Shown here: positions 24,310 to 34,672 of the stretch, piece by piece
Numbering within the stretch: position 1 is the first letter of the stretch
How the letters are laid out: every line of letters begins with the position of its first letter
Source of the DNA: Antechinus flavipes
Lineage: Eukaryota
DNA: 64,000 nucleotides
Direction of reading: 5' to 3'
Assembly (NCBI RefSeq): GCF_016432865.1
Contig: NC_067400.1
Location: forward strand, 612,312,001 to 612,376,000
Position numbers and translations under genes: made by a program
The notes under the pieces: model-generated
What the model saw: only the letters and a program-made list of their open reading frames with translations
The model's database searches: none
Told to the model about the DNA's origin: nothing

Positions 24310-25240
24310 TGTTTTCAACAATGTTGCCAGACACCTTCAAAAACTATGAAAACAGCACCAAGGTCAGCTACCGCAGCAATGTAAATTATTTAATTTGAAA
24401 GGCTTCGAGCCAAGACTAAAGTGGAAGAAGAGTTGGTGTATGGCTTTTTTTGTTCAAAGATGACTGTGCACTTAAGACAGCCTCTGAAGCTGAGATACAA
24501 CAAAATATGGATCAATTTTCTGCGGCTTGTACTAATTTGGGCCTAACAGTTAACTCCAAGAAAACAGGTCTCCATTGGCCAGCACCTCATCATCCAGATA
24601 TGGAACTATCAGTTACAGCAAATGGAGAAGTTTTGAATGCTGTGGAGAAGTGCACTAACTTTGGCAGTCTACTTTCCAGGGATGTACATGTAGATGATGA
24701 GGTTGACACACGCAATACACATTAGCTCAGTGTTTTGGAGGCTTCGAAGGACAGTGTGAGAAGGGAGAGGTACTAGGCTGACTATCAAACTGAAGATCTA
24801 CAGAGCCGTTGTGCTGACCTCATTGTTGTGTTCCTGTGAAACCTGGACAGTGTGCCAGCGCCGTGCCAGGAAATGGAATTGCTTCCATTTGAATTGTCCC
24901 GGGAAGATTCTGATAAGGATAAGAGAGCAGACACCGAGGCCCTATCTTAAACTAAACTGCCGAGCGTTCCAACTCTACTGAAGAGACTGGCCTTATTGTT
25001 CGAATGCCAAATGTACATTTGCCTAAAAGATTGTTTGTCAGAGAACTCACTCATACAAGGCAAGCACTCACATGAAGGCAGAAAGAAGGATATGAGAACA
25101 TTCTCACGGTCTCTCTCAAGAACTCTGGAATCAATTGGGAAACATGGGAGATGCTGACACCGGATCAGCATGGTGTGCCCCCATCCAAGAAGGTGCTGTG
25201 CTCTGTGAATGAAGCAGAATTGTGGTAGCTCAAAAGAAAC
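24310..25240 (+). mobile_element. RTE-clade LINE fragment (RT domain to 3' end)
   Basis: Translation LFKDDCAL..SEAEIQQNMDQFSAACTNLGLTVNSKKT is typical of RTE RT (LFADDCAL..FGLTI..KKT). Confidence 0.85.
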
Positions 25241-25244
25241 ATGA

Positions 25245-25351
25245 GTTTTGTGGATAGAGCACCAGCCCTGAATTCAGGAGGACCTGAGTTCAATCTGGCC
25301 TCAGACACTCAACACTTCTTAGCTGTGTGACCCTAGGCAAGTGACTTAACC
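25245..25351 (+). mobile_element. WSINE1-type marsupial SINE (runs into gap)
   Basis: GTGGATAGAGCACCAGCCCTG..GGAGGACCTGAGTTCAA..CTAGCTGTGTGACCCTAGGCAAG. Another copy at ~12045-12168. Confidence 0.8.
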
Positions 25352-27282
25352 NNNNNNNNNNNNNNNNNNNNNNNNNNNNNNNNNNNNNNNNNNNNNNNNN
25401 NNNNNNNNNNNNNNNNNNNNNNNNNNNNNNNNNNNNNNNNNNNNNNNNNNNNNNNNNNNNNNNNNNNNNNNNNNNNNNNNNNNNNNNNNNNNNNNNNNNN
25501 NNNNNNNNNNNNNNNNNNNNNNNNNNNNNNNNNNNNNNNNNNNNNNNNNNNNNNNNNNNNNNNNNNNNNNNNNNNNNNNNNNNNNNNNNNNNNNNNNNNN
25601 NNNNNNNNNNNNNNNNNNNNNNNNNNNNNNNNNNNNNNNNNNNNNNNNNNNNNNNNNNNNNNNNNNNNNNNNNNNNNNNNNNNNNNNNNNNNNNNNNNNN
25701 NNNNNNNNNNNNNNNNNNNNNNNNNNNNNNNNNNNNNNNNNNNNNNNNNNNNNNNNNNNNNNNNNNNNNNNNNNNNNNNNNNNNNNNNNNNNNNNNNNNN
25801 NNNNNNNNNNNNNNNNNNNNNNNNNNNNNNNNNNNNNNNNNNNNNNNNNNNNNNNNNNNNNNNNNNNNNNNNNNNNNNNNNNNNNNNNNNNNNNNNNNNN
25901 NNNNNNNNNNNNNNNNNNNNNNNNNNNCCACTGTAAATATTCATGTAGTATATATTTGTGTTCAATCCATGGGAGAGCCTTCCGAGTTTTTCCTGGCCTG
26001 ACAAGTCACAGTCAGACATACTAACAATTCCAATATAATGATGACATCTTAGTCCTCTTCCCCAGAGAAGCACAACAACAATGACCGTTATGTGTCAGGC
26101 ACTATGCTGGGTGCTGGGGATTAGTTGTGGTTTAGTTGTGTTGGTTTTTTTAAGCCGTGTCTGACTCTTTGTGGTGCCATTTGGGGTTTTCTCAGCAGAA
26201 ATATTGGAGTAGTTTGCCATTAAGCTTTCTAGCTTTTTTGACAGATGAGGAAACTGAAACACAATAAGTATAAAATCCAAACGTAATAAGGGGAGATCCC
26301 CCTGGCTCGAGGAGCTAACATGAAGTGAGTTTTTAAAGGGATTAAAGGTGCACATGGAGATCATGGAGGGTAATGAGGGGACTGATTGAAGGGAAGGAGA
26401 TGTGGTACAATGGAAAATATGCCAGCTTGGATTCAGAAGTCTTGGATTCGAGTCTTACCTTCAGTGCTCCCTCATCCCCTCCCCCTGATCCTTGGGCCAA
26501 GCTAGTTAGTCATGCTTGGATTCGGTTTTCATTTATAAAAAGAAGTGGTTTCTGAGGTACATCTTCTTTCAGAGCCCAGTTATTTTCCTTTCTATTCCTT
26601 TACTCCCACCACTACCCCTAAATTCAAACCTCCTACATAAATTGAGAAAGCAAGAAAGACACCAATCTTGGTTACTCTATTCACCAAGTTTATTTCTTAA
26701 ATTTAGCTTTTATGATTTTACATAAATGTTGGTGGGGATCTTGATTTCATTGGAGAAACAGAAATTCATTGGAAAAAAACACACATTGGGGACTGGGACT
26801 TCCTGCATCCCTGGACACCTACAGGGTTACCAGGAGGGAGTGGGCTGCACTCCCTTGATAGAGTTAACCCTCCACTCAAATCAGTAGCAAACTACAGAAA
26901 TCCCCCTGCCAAAAAATACTAGGACATTGGACAGTTTTCTAGGAGAACAAGTTACCATTTTTGTTATCTTTTTACTCCCTACAAGGCACGAAAACACCCG
27001 ATTGATCATCCCATCCTGCCCCTTCCCAGGAATGGTTCCATGAAACAATGAATGTTTGCAACAAGTGGGAACTGAGTAAAGATTCCTTTGAAAGCTGGCT
27101 ATAACTGGTCCCCTCAGATCAATAAATCTTTAGCTGATCTACAACTTGTACAAAAATTGTATTCCCAAGTGGACTCTTCTCAGCCGGTTTCCCATCTTCC
27201 ACCCCTTTATCCCATCCCTGCCCCTATAGCCCCAAATACTCCTTCCTTCCTCACTCCATGGACTTGACTTTATGTCATTCTT

Positions 27283-28248
27283 TTAACAGGTAGACTGTTC
27301 TTTCTCTGGTCCATTTCGCTCTTGTATTCCTGACCCATTTCCCCCCCCAAGACCTGAAGTCTTCACCAGATTCTTGAATAAACTGTGAAAGTCCCTCTGG
27401 AACCCGGATGATGAGAAGTAAAAGACAAGAGGATCAACACAGGAGTTCAGAGTGCTGAGCAGCAACACATACCCCCGCCATCTTGGACTTTTGCCCTGGA
27501 AATAACCAACGATGTGGGATGTGTTGTATGGGCCAAAGCAGACCAGGAAATTGAGCATCGTGGCCCCTATCAGTCCCATCACTCTTTTTCTCCTCTTCAG
27601 GTGGTTCCCCTTTCTCAGGATCCATACCATTTTACCGTAGCAAAAGCTGACAAGAACCAAAGGCACTCCAAAGAGGACCACTGCCATCTCCAGCCTGACA
27701 GGCAGCACCACAGCCAGCTGCTCTTCCCTAAACTCCAGGTAGCAAGTCCTGTTGGATTGATGCTTTTGGGTGGTATCCTCCCAAAATTCTGCAACATAGA
27801 CTAGGCTGCAGTGGGCACTCCCCAGCAGCCAACAGCCAACACTGACCAAGCCAGCCTGGCAGGTCCTCGACTGGGTCTTGTACCACACAGGGTAGGCGAC
27901 CCCCAGGTAGCGTTCCACACTCACGGCTGTGAGGATGAGGGAGCTGAGGTAGATGGTGGTGAAGAAAAGAAAACCTGATAAGGGGCATAAGAAGAAGGGC
28001 AAAGGCCAGTACATGGCACTCGCTGTCTCAATCATCCGGAAGGGCAGAAAGACCAGCAGCAGCAGGTCAGAGATGGTCAGGTTGAGCAGAAGAACATCCA
28101 CAGCCAGAGGCCGACGCCTCAGTTTACCCACAAAGACAATCAGGGCCAGCAGGTTGAGGGGAAGGCCAATGAGGAAGGTGAAGAGGTAGACAGAGAAGTA
28201 GAGCCAGTGGCTACCAGAAAAGTAACCCTGCACTGCACTCTTGTTCAT
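27283..28248 (-). CDS. FFAR3: Free fatty acid receptor 3 (GPR41), 321 aa
   Basis: 7TM ORF matching FFAR3 (YFSGSHW, GLPLN, TCYLEFR, LPVRLEMAVVLF, LSTLNSCVDP). ACCACCATG Kozak; acceptor at 28257-28258. Confidence 0.97.
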   Translation of the reverse strand: MNKSAVQGYFSGSHWLYFSVYLFTFLIGLPLNLLALIVFVGKLRRRPLAVDVLLLNLTISDLLLLVFLPFRMIETASAMYWPLPFFLCPLSGFLFFTTIYLSSLILTAVSVERYLGVAYPVWYKTQSRTCQAGLVSVGCWLLGSAHCSLVYVAEFWEDTTQKHQSNRTCYLEFREEQLAVVLPVRLEMAVVLFGVPLVLVSFCYGKMVWILRKGNHLKRRKRVMGLIGATMLNFLVCFGPYNTSHIVGYFQGKSPRWRGYVLLLSTLNSCVDPLVFYFSSSGFQRDFHSLFKNLVKTSGLGGGNGSGIQERNGPEKEQSTC

Positions 28249-28656
28249 GGTGGTTTCTGAAGGAGAGAAAAGGATTCAGCATGGAAAGCCTTTGGGGGCT
28301 TGGATGGAATGCTGGACTTAGACTCAAGAAGACCAATTAGTAGCTGTACAATTGGGGGAAAGCTACCTGACTCATCTGGGACTCAGTTTCCTCATGTGCA
28401 AAATGAAGGGAAAGGATTCCCACCCATGATCCTCCAAGGCTATGATCTATAACCTCCTAGCCCCTCATTTCCCTCCCTCCTTTTGCTCTCTTCACTAGCC
28501 TTGTAAACTGAGTCAGAGGAAAACTTCCTTTCCTCTCTTCTCCTCTAAGGCATCAGAAGACGCTTTCATTTTCTTGGCTTCTTCTTTCCTTTCCCTGACC
28601 CTCAGTCTCCCAACTGTTCAGACCTGTCCCTCCTCCAGGGGCACTCCCCCACTCAC

Positions 28657-28760
28657 CTCAGCCTCAGCCTGTGCCCTTCCACCGTCCAAGTGTCCCTCCC
28701 TTGGCTAGCACTGGCAGAGCAGACAGGCCACTTGGCTACTTATCTCCTGAGTAAGCGCTG
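28657..28760 (-). promoter_or_regulatory. Candidate FFAR3 5' non-coding exon
   Basis: Strong donor GAG|GTGAGT with last exon base 28657, pairing with the acceptor at 28256; 5' boundary guessed. Confidence 0.45.
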
Positions 28761-29290
28761 AGCTCACTGCTCAGTAGCCACACAAAAGGTGCTTTCAGCT
28801 CTCAAACCAGGGGATGGGAATATGCAAACAGGCAATCAAATTTCAGAGCAAAGTCTGAGCTCTCTTGCTGGAGGGAAAAGGCCCATCCATGGTCTGATGG
28901 ACTGTATCTCCCAGGGGACATTTCTCAGGGTCTTAGGTCACAGAGACTCCCACCTGATTATTGAAAAGAGCAGAAATCTTCAGACTAATTCCCCCCTGCT
29001 CTCCAAGCCCGGTTCCCCTTTCCTCTCCGGTGGTAGCGGAGGCATCTTGCTCTGCTGATCTTACTTCTCCCCTCTGCTGGCCACAAGAGAGGAGGACACC
29101 TGGGCAGTGTATTCCCTCCTACTTTCTCCTCTTTCCAGGACACTTCTCCTCGCCCACCTTCTACTTTATGCCCTGAGTTCACATTTCCAAGTCTTTCCTG
29201 AGGGCAGGGGCCTCTGGGCCTGATAGCTAGTTTTTTTTATTTGAGCAACTGTCATGTGAAAGATGTAAAGCATGTAAAAAATATTTGCTC

Positions 29291-29430
29291 CAGAGCAGGT
29301 AAGTGGCACAGTGGATAGAGCACCAGCCCTGAAGTCAGGAGGACCTGAGTTCAAATCTAGTTGTGGACATTTAACACTTCCTAGCTGTGTGACCCCGGGC
29401 AAGTCACTTAACCCCAATTGCCTCAGCAAA
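29291..29430 (+). mobile_element. WSINE1-type SINE
   Basis: Full WSINE1-like body; probable TSD ATATTTGCTCC / ATATTTGTTCC (29281-29291, 29437-29447). Confidence 0.85.
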
Positions 29431-29459
29431 ATATATATATTTGTTCCCATTGGTGAAGG

Positions 29460-29785
29460 AGATAGGAGGGAGTGAAAGGAGAAAACAGAATAAAGTTAAA
29501 AGTACTCATCAGAGAACAAAAGAATAACCTGCAAGGAAGCAAAGAACAGATGGACACTCATGAATATTATTCCTTCTATTATTATATAAGTTTTCTAGAA
29601 ATGGAAATTTACTGTTATATCTTTTAAATCCTTCCTGATATTCTGTTGGGCGCATGACGATGATTTGTTTTGTTTTATTTTTTATTTTCCTTTTTTGTCT
29701 TTATTTTTTCTATTCTGTTTTTTCTTATTTTCTATTTAGTTCAATAAAAATAAATAAGTTAAAACTACTTGTTCATTAAAAAAAA
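29460..29785 (+). mobile_element. LINE-type 3' end (T-rich tract, AATAAA, A-rich tail)
   Basis: Resembles a marsupial L1-type 3' UTR; family not determined. Confidence 0.55.
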
Positions 29786-30333
29786 ATACTTGCTCCCCTT
29801 GGCTCTGCCTGGCAGCTCCAGGAGTGAGGGATGGGGGGTGAAAAGAGGCAGATTTGGGTTCAATAAAAGGAGGGGAAAACCTGCTGGCATTTAGAACTGT
29901 GCAAGCCCAGAAGGGGCGCCGGAGAAGGAAAGGAGTCCCCCTGTCCCGGCTCTGGGGGCTGCATGATGGCACAGCAGATGGCTCCTGTCTTTGCTCGAGG
30001 GCTGCCCCTTCTCAGCCCCCCCACCAAAGAGTTTCTGGCCACATTTGGAGTTGGTGAGAAAAGATTGTAGGGTCCCAGTTAGAAGTCCCCAGAGGGGATG
30101 TTACCTCTTTCCATGTCAGGCTCCACTCCTGCTCACCAGGCCCTGCCTCCCCTTGGGCTCTTCATGATTTGAAAGGAGGCTGAAGCTCAGTCTCCCATGG
30201 AACAGACAGAAAATGGCCAGCCAGTGAGTCCCCTTGAGGCGGTGCAGTGGTTCCTTCTGGCCCAGGGGCCCCCTCTCGCCTTGAGGAGATGCCCAGGACC
30301 CTCGGGTCCCACTCCCCATCGGCACAGAGGCCC

Positions 30334-31233
30334 TTATTTCTGGGCCGTCCCACCCGGAGTCCCTATGGTACCGTGCCTCTGGCCAGCCCTGTTGCCCAAG
30401 CACCCTGACACCAGTGGATTGAGCACGGTGCTCCAGGATCCCATGATCAAGCCAAGCTTCCTCCAGTGGCCGCCGGCATCGGGCTTCACGAAGCCCAGCA
30501 CATGGGAGGCGTTGTAGGGCCCCAGGCAGAGCAGCAGCGTGAGCAGGGCCCCTCCGGCCACGCGGGCGGCTCTGAGCTTGCGGCTTCGGCTTAGGCCCGA
30601 GCGGGCCAGGGCCCGGAGGCAGCCCACGTAGCAGAAGGCAGTGATGGCCAAGGGGAGGAAGAAGAGCAGAAGGGAAACGCTGAGGCGGGCCGGACCAGCC
30701 CATATCGGGTCCCAGGCTTCCAGGCAGACGGGGGAGCCGTTGATGGGAATGGTCAACCCCAGGGACTTTGTGCTGTTGTCCACCTGGCCTCCCAGAGTTT
30801 CCAGGCCAAGCACCAGCCCCAAGTGGAAGAGGACCAGCCCCCAGATGCCCACACACACCCCCCAGGAATAGCAGGGCCTCCGTGCGGCTTGGTATCCCAA
30901 CGGGAAGGCCGCCCCCAGGTAGCGGCCGGCGCTGAGGGCAGTCAAAAAAACACCCCCAGAATAAAGGGGGACAAAGTGTATCAAGGCGAAGGCCGGGCAA
31001 AGTGAGGCCGGGAGAGGCCAGGCTCCCCCTGCTAGAGCCTCGGCCGCCTTCAGGGGCAGGGAGGCGGTCAGCAGCAGGTCCGAGCAGGCCAGGTGGAGGG
31101 TGTAGACAAGGCTTGGGGTAAGGCGGAGCCGGGCATGGGACACAGCCTCGCTGAGGAGGATGACATTGAGGGGAAGGCCCAGCGTGAAGGCAGCAGCGTA
31201 GAGGGCAAAGGAGAGCTGTGCTGGGATGTCCAT
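30334..31233 (-). CDS. FFAR1: Free fatty acid receptor 1 (GPR40), 299 aa
   Basis: [48 protein letters not shown] matches FFAR1. True ATG at 31233; the ORF-track start 31269 is the first base after a splice acceptor. Confidence 0.97.
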   Translation of the reverse strand: MDIPAQLSFALYAAAFTLGLPLNVILLSEAVSHARLRLTPSLVYTLHLACSDLLLTASLPLKAAEALAGGAWPLPASLCPAFALIHFVPLYSGGVFLTALSAGRYLGAAFPLGYQAARRPCYSWGVCVGIWGLVLFHLGLVLGLETLGGQVDNSTKSLGLTIPINGSPVCLEAWDPIWAGPARLSVSLLLFFLPLAITAFCYVGCLRALARSGLSRSRKLRAARVAGGALLTLLLCLGPYNASHVLGFVKPDAGGHWRKLGLIMGSWSTVLNPLVSGCLGNRAGQRHGTIGTPGGTAQK

Positions 31234-31623
31234 GATGTGGGGAGGCCGGGCAGCTGCTCTCACCTCCACCTGAAGGCTCTCGGGCCCTAGCTTCTGGTCT
31301 TTGGAATAAAGAAAGGAAAAAAAAGGTTACATCCATTCTTCAGAGCTGAGAAAAGCTTGGGGGGGGGGGAATAAAACAGACAAACAGGGATAAAAAGAAC
31401 GAGAGAGCCACGTTTTAGGGCAAAACGGACGCCTAGAATTCCAAGTCAAAGGACCAGATGCAGTCATTTCTTCCTGGTCTCAGCTAAGTCGGGCTCCCCC
31501 TTGGAGGCCCAGACACACGCACTGGCTGGCACCCTCCCCGAGTGGATCCTCGGCCCCCTTCCCAGTCAGCCTCTTGGCAGTGGGGCAGCTGATCCCCAGA
31601 GAGAGCCGGCCGCTAGCACTCAC

Positions 31624-32060
31624 CTGGAACCTTGGCGAAGAAGGCAGCAGGAGCTGGACGTCTTGCCCAGTTGATTCCCCGGAGGACATCTGGGAAAGAG
31701 AAGGCGGGGGATTCTGGGAACAGAGGCAGAGTCGTAAGGATGTATGTGTGCTTGGAAAAGAGCGAGAGGTGACTGGGAACAGCCAGAGCGGGCACAGGTG
31801 GGAGGAAGCTAGGGCCTGGGCAGAGATAGGAATAACCTCTGGGGATGTCCTGAGGAATAACAGAGATTGGGGGACATTGGGTGAGGGGAAGGCTGAGGAG
31901 GGGGGGAGGCCCCGAGGGTGAGGGCTGCAGGACACAAGGGCACTGGGGGAGAAGCCGGAGCTCCCACTGGGGAATGCTGAGTTTGGGGCTGTCCAAGGGG
32001 AGCAGAAAGGAGGCACTCACCTTCTTGAAGCTGCGGGACGCCTCTGAGACTACAGGACCA
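31624..32060 (-). promoter_or_regulatory. Candidate FFAR1 5' non-coding exons (one ending at 32021; one at 31624-31689)
   Basis: Donors AAG|GTGAGT (32021) and CAG|GTGAGT (31624); acceptors TTTCCCAG (31690) and CCTTCAG (31270); GC-rich. Fits the known three-exon layout of rodent Ffar1. Confidence 0.55.
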
Positions 32061-34011
32061 ACCCTCCAGCCTGGAGGCAAGAGCGGAGGGAGGGGAGGTC
32101 AGGGCCATAAACTAGAGGCGACCCTGCAGCCTGACTGAGCAGCTAATGGGGCATCTCTGGCTGCAGCGGGGGGAGGGGCCGGCAGCCTAGGGAGAAGGCT
32201 TGGAACCTCAAGGTCCAGCGCCTTGGTCCCAGTAGGAAAGTGGACTATGGCCCAACAATTGACTTCTGGTGAGTGGCAGCGTATTTGTGGAGAATCGAGG
32301 GACCAGAAAGGAAGACAATTGAACTCTTATGTAGACAGAAAGGAGAGGTCAAAGTTGCCTGGAAGAACACTTGAGGTTTAAAAAAAGTTTTTTTTCATTT
32401 ATTTATTTTTATTTAATTTTAAATTTTTTATTTATTTGTTTATTTTAGCACTTGGATTTTTCGAGGGAGCCAGGTTAGGAGCTGGGCAGGGAGCTGTCCA
32501 TGTTTGCCAGAAGCCCTGACTCCCCTTAACATGAGTCATTTTAGCTTCTCCTCATGCCTCAGTGGCTCTTGTCTACAGCCACTGGGTCAATTAGCCACCA
32601 AGCAGGCTTATGTCAACACTTAGGGCAGGAGATGGGAAGGGAAGGCACCCACTGGTTGCTAGGGAAACTCCTGGTCCCATTAATAGTTCTCCGAGAGATC
32701 GCTCTTCTCTTCTCAGATGCGTTCTTATTTTCAGCCTATTAATCCAAGCCCCATCTGTGCTCCACAGATCTAGCCTTCCCAGGATGTCCTTCCGGACATG
32801 GCGACACTTCAAGACCCATCTTTTCCCTGTGGTTTTAAAATCTTGCGCTCCCCAAAACCCTTTCTAAAGAAACGAGACGAGGAAGTCACTGGGAGTATCC
32901 CCGAGGTAGCGATCAACCTGACAAACCTTTACTTCCTCCTCCACTGGCCCTTTCCTTAAAACAGACTATTTCTGGAGTGATGTCTCCAGACCCATAATTC
33001 CTCCCTATGGAACATTGTGGCCCACTTTCTCTGACCTCCCCTAAGAGAGACAGTGGCCCCCATCTTTCATCTCTGGATGGGGCCTCCAATCCCGAAGGGC
33101 CACCCCCCCCCCCCCCAGGGCTCGCCTTAGCCCACCACCATGGGTTTTTTTTTCCCATTTGCTCCTTCCAATAGTTATGAAGCCAGGGGCCCTGCTAGTG
33201 TAGGGCAATTAGGTGATGCAGTGAATAGAAAGAACATCAGTTATGGAGGCAGGGAGACCTGAATTCAAATGTGGCCTCAGACACTTAGAAACTGTGCGGC
33301 AAGTCACTTAACCCTGTTTGCCTCAGTTTTCTTATCTGTACAAGGGGATAATAATAGCACCTATCCACAGCATTGTTGTGAGGATCAAGTGAGATAATAA
33401 TTGAGATAATCACAAAGTAAGCAGTGGATAAATGTTAGCTATTATAACTATGTGTAGGCTAGGTCAGCTCCTCTCCAGTTCAATTTGCACCCAACTGGGG
33501 TGGACTGANNNNNNNNNNNNNNNNNNNNNNNNNNNNNNNNNNNNNNNNNNNNNNNNNNNNNNNNNNNNNNNNNNNNNNNNNNNNNNNNNNNNNNNNNNNN
33601 NNNNNNNNNNNNNNNNNNNNNNNNNNNNNNNNNNNNNNNNNNNNNNNNNNNNNNNNNNNNNNNNNNNNNNNNNNNNNNNNNNNNNNNNNNNNNNNNNNNN
33701 NNNNNNNNNNNNNNNNNNNNNNNNNNNNNNNNNNNNNNNNNNNNNNNNNNNNNNNNNNNNNNNNNNNNNNNNNNNNNNNNNNNNNNNNNNNNNNNNNNNN
33801 NNNNNNNNNNNNACTTACACTGAATGAGTTTCTCCAGAACCACTATAACTTCTCCTGTTTTTGCCGATCTGGCCATGAAATAGCGGGGGTTCCCCTCTTG
33901 GGTCCCCACCCTCATGATGTTTTGTTTGTTCCCTGTCTCCTCTAGCCCCAAATGCACTGACTTGTATAGAATGAAAATAGCTCCGAGACCATGGGAATTT
34001 GTTTCAGCATT

Positions 34012-34017
34012 TTTATT
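34012..34017 (-). terminator. Probable CD22 polyadenylation signal AATAAA
   Basis: First AATAAA on the minus strand, ~520 nt after the CD22 stop. Confidence 0.65.
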
Positions 34018-34537
34018 TCCCTCTGTCTGCCTCAGAAGTTCCCCCGAGCTCTAGCACGAGCAGGAAGGGAGATTGCCTGCCAGAGAGACCCTGGCTCCCT
34101 GACAGGCTCCCAGCCCATCTTCCCCTGGGCACACCTTGGCTTCTTCTCCTGGCGCGGGGCCTTCCTGCACCACGGAAGCCAGGTTGGAGTTGGGGGTTCA
34201 GCTAGGGAGAGGAGAAAAGTATAGACAAGAATGGGATGGGGGGTAGTGACTGGAGAGGAGGGAGGGCTGGGGCTTATGCTGCGTGTGCCTGCACACTCGT
34301 GTGGATGGGTAGGAAGGGCAGGGCTTTTGAAAGTGGGGGAGCACTGCCAGAGCAGGGAAGGAAAGTGCCAGGGGTCTTCCCCTCAGCCCTGGGTAGAAAG
34401 TTCACAGCATTAGCTGGGGGCCCCCACAGCCGGCAGGGGAAGGGGTGGCGGACACCGAGCTGGTCAGAGGGGCACTGAGTCCTCCAGGCCGCCCCCGGGC
34501 AGGGTTGTCCAGACACGGAGCCTCTGCATCTCCCCCA

Positions 34538-34672
34538 TCAGTGTTTCAGAGTCACATATTCCACCTCTTCCTGCGTGGTGAGCCTCCCACCGACCCCAAA
34601 CTGAATCAGCTCGGAGTAATGCAATCCTTCTTCTTCTGGAGAAGACTGTGGGGTCACATTTTCATAATCACT
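34538..34672 (-). CDS. CD22: CD22 last coding exon
   Basis: SDYENVTPQSSPEEEGLHYSELIQFGVGGRLTTQEEVEYVTLKH*. Confidence 0.95.
   Translation of the reverse strand, partial: SDYENVTPQSSPEEEGLHYSELIQFGVGGRLTTQEEVEYVTLKH

Noticed and set aside
30116-31336. 406-aa minus-strand ORF overlapping FFAR1 in another frame
   Set aside because: Its ATG (31336) lies in the intron upstream of the 31269 acceptor; Pro/Gly/Leu-rich alternative frame expected from GC-rich coding DNA.
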